The notes under the pieces were generated by a model. The model made no database searches. It saw only the letters and a list, made by a program, of their open reading frames with translations, and was not told the DNA's origin. From Octopus bimaculoides (taxonomy: Eukaryota), in NCBI RefSeq assembly GCF_001194135.2, contig NC_068991.1:340427-396706 (forward strand): a DNA stretch of 56,280 bases, written 5' to 3'. Within the stretch, counting starts at the first letter, position 1. Every line of letters starts with the position of its first letter. Both the position numbers and the translations under genes were made by a program. Below, piece by piece: positions 53,626-56,280 of the stretch.

Positions 53626-53753
53626 GTTTGTACATTCTTTTCTTTTTCTACTTTAATTTGATGTTAAAACTGAAGAAAAAAAAAAAAGAAAGAATAATCT
53701 AGAATTTCTACATTATCACCTGCCCCCAACCCACACACACACACACACCTTAC

Positions 53754-53987
53754 TTCTCAATGCTACATTTCAGTATTTCATACTTTGTGGCATTGTTTTA
53801 TTCTATACTTCTTCCTCCCCAAAAACAATTTCTGTTGATTAATTTTGAAATCAGAAATCTTAATTTTCAGACTAAAGTTCCAATAGTCTTCACAAACCGT
53901 TTCTATTTGACCAAGATTGATTCTTATTTTATAAACAGTCGTATAACACCATAGCTGCTATTGGTTGTTAAGTACTCCTGACTACAA
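53754..53987 (-). pseudogene. PLAT remnant inside the intron of the plus-strand gene
   Basis: TCTCCTCTTTAAG| acceptor and GAA|GTAAGG donor. TVYKIRINLGQIETVCEDYWNFSLKIKISDFKINQQKLF matches G..YKIRI.......W.L..V...D......F; a frameshift lies upstream. Confidence 0.6.
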
Positions 53988-54542
53988 CTTAAAGAGGAGA
54001 ATTAAAATAACTTTTACTTTTAACTCACTCATATTGACAACACTGACATAATAATGGGGCTACTACATGGTCACTTGATCTACTGGAAATAGAAACCAAA
54101 TCACTTCTTACTGTCCTTAAAAAGGAAGTATACCTTAGATAATGTAATCCTAAATGCATTATATCTCAACAAATGACATGATGGTCATAGCTATGACCAC
54201 AGTTGGGCTGGATTAGGTCTGACCAAGGGTTACACAACGACAATTCACTCAAACATGGATTTCTAATCTATTTAGTGAGTGTGGTGGCGGGAGGAGGTTA
54301 TACTTGTTTATAGGTTGACCCTAGTATATGACTGGTTGTATTATATTTTATCTGAATACAGCCAGAAGAAAAGTAAAACTGGAACTTAGAAATTAAAGAA
54401 ATATCATTGACATTGACAAATACCCATGCATAGGGAGATAGAGATGGGGGGGGGGAGGTGAGCAGGTGTTGATGAGCCATGTTCATGTGGGTGGGCATGA
54501 ATGGATNNNNNNNNNNNNNNNNNNNNNNNNNNNNNNNNNNNN

Positions 54543-54612
<70 letters not shown>

Positions 54613-54779
54613 CATGTTTGTTTATGTAAGTATGTGCATGTGTGTTTGTATGTGTTATGTGTTTATAGGTTAATGTGTGTATATGTAATTGCATGAGTAC
54701 GTATACATTTGTACTAAATCTAAAACCTAAAATATAAGATAAACCTTCATTCATTTTGAATTACTGTTAAAATCACATA

Positions 54780-56047
54780 CAGGGTGTCCCAGAAAGATTC
54801 ACCCATTGATAATTCTTAATTATTCAAAATAAACTTAAGGTAAGATAATGACATTTGGCACACACGTTCCTAATGTAAATTGTCGATCCATTGCATTGAT
54901 TACATTTCAAAATAATCACTTTTTGCCTTGATCATAGCCTGCAAGCGAGAGGTCACTGAGTTGCATGAGCACCATGCCACCTCTTTATCCAACTGGACCC
55001 ATGAAGACAGAAGGGCTTTCTTCAGGTCTGACACATTTGAAGAGGAATGAGCAGAAACCTTACTCTCTAAGATGGACCAGATAAGCAAAGTCCATGGGAT
55101 TGATGTCTGGACTTGAGGGAGGCCATACTGTCTTGTCCCCAAAACCACTGAAATGCTGTGTGTCAAATTGGACACATGGGCTGCAGCCCAATCTTGAATG
55201 AAGATGTAATGGTCACCAAAGGTTTCTGTGACCCAGGGTAACTCTTTGTTATCTGACATTTCCACATTTGACCTTGACACCAGCATCGATGAAGAGTAAG
55301 AGAGACTTGGACCCATCAGATGCAACTGTGGCCCAATCCGCAAGTGAAGCTGGCTTCTGATGGCATAAATGACTCCTGCTACCTTCGGGCAAGTCTCCTG
55401 CATTATGTGCATCCTGCCTGTTGGAGGTAACTGCCTCCATGGTGAAGATCTTCTCGTCAGACCAGATCAACACTTTGTTAGTGGTGTTCATTCATCTCAG
55501 CTAACATGCTTTTACCCCAGTTGAGCTGTTTCTTCTTGGAAGCTGCTAAAATTAACTGCTGGGATTGTTTCTTGTATGCAGTTAGCTTTAAATCCTCTTT
55601 AGAAATCCTATGCATTGACAATTCTAAAATATCAAGAGCTTTTGCAGTTTTTCTTGCACTCCTGCAGGGATCACAGTTCATTCACTTCTTCACAGCTTCA
55701 ACAGCTTGTTTGGTACAAGTTGATTGTTCCTACCAGGAATTGGCTTGCTAGAGGTAGTAGCAGACTCCATATATCATTTCCAGGTATTGAACACTGTTTT
55801 ACAGCACACATTCAACTGTTTTGTTGTGTCCTTGTTGCTCACTCCAGCTACTTTCAAAGCAACAATCTGGTCATGTTTTGCTTTAGATGCCATGTTTGTT
55901 TACAAACCTGTTATAGACGAATGAAACAATAGACACACGGACTAAAGACATGTGCGAATCTTTATGTAAAATGTAGATAATATTACATGAACCAATATTC
56001 TTTAGGAAGAGTTTTAAACATGGGTAAATTTTTCAAGGGACACCCTG
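54780..56047 (-). mobile_element. Full-length but decayed Tc1/mariner element, maT (DD37D)-like
   Basis: Imperfect TIRs of about 28 bp: CAGGGTGTCCCAGAAAGATTCACCCAT versus reverse complement CAGGGTGTCCCTTGAAAAATTTACCCAT, with TA on both flanks. Transposase pieces from the ATG at 55893: HTH region, IWSDEKIF, FIQDWAAAH, WPPSSPDINPMDF; frameshifted. Confidence 0.92.
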
Positions 56048-56129
56048 TATACATATGTACATGCATACAGATAAATATACATACATATTTTTGTTTGTGT
56101 ATATATATATGTATATATGCTTTTATGAA

Positions 56130-56212
<83 letters not shown>

Positions 56213-56280
56213 AAGATGGAATATACGAGAATTTATTATTAATCACCTGTTATTGAGTGTCTCATCCATGAGGAATCGAT

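Noticed and set aside
53626-53702. ORF tail LYILFFFYFNLMLKLKKKKKERII read as a membrane anchor
   Set aside because: Starts at a good GT donor, is T/A-run intron-like, and the homologous domain is unfinished at this point.
54230-54320. FSECG as the missing terminal exon of the TARSH-like gene
   Set aside because: In-frame stop just upstream, no acceptor, and the conserved W-Y before ECG is absent.

Overview
AT-rich, microsatellite-dense animal DNA with N gaps. The SINE, RTE and mariner repertoire looks cephalopod (octopus-like); this is inferred from repeat content only. Two genes interleave on opposite strands. (1) Plus strand: one large intact coding exon (ATG 51828 to splice donor after 53625) encodes a signal peptide, a two-Cys N-terminal motif, a long N-glycosylated coiled coil and most of an ABI3BP(TARSH)/FNDC1-type C-terminal domain. 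It has none of the FN3 domains that accompany this domain in vertebrates. The last exon was not found in the window. (2) Minus strand: about 15-20 PLAT/LH2-domain exon remnants with canonical splice sites run from about 54 kb down to about 3 kb. They match a multi-PLAT LOXHD1-like gene, and nearly all carry stops or frameshifts, so this is an intron-retaining pseudogene that the ORF track almost entirely misses. One remnant lies beyond the plus-strand exon, so that exon sits antisense inside an intron of the dead gene. The rest is transposon debris (a complete maT/DD37D-type element, mariner fragments, RTE, CR1-like, R4/Dong-like and Tx1-like LINE relics, SINEs) and simple repeats. All protein-family calls come from manual translation and motif recognition, not database searches.
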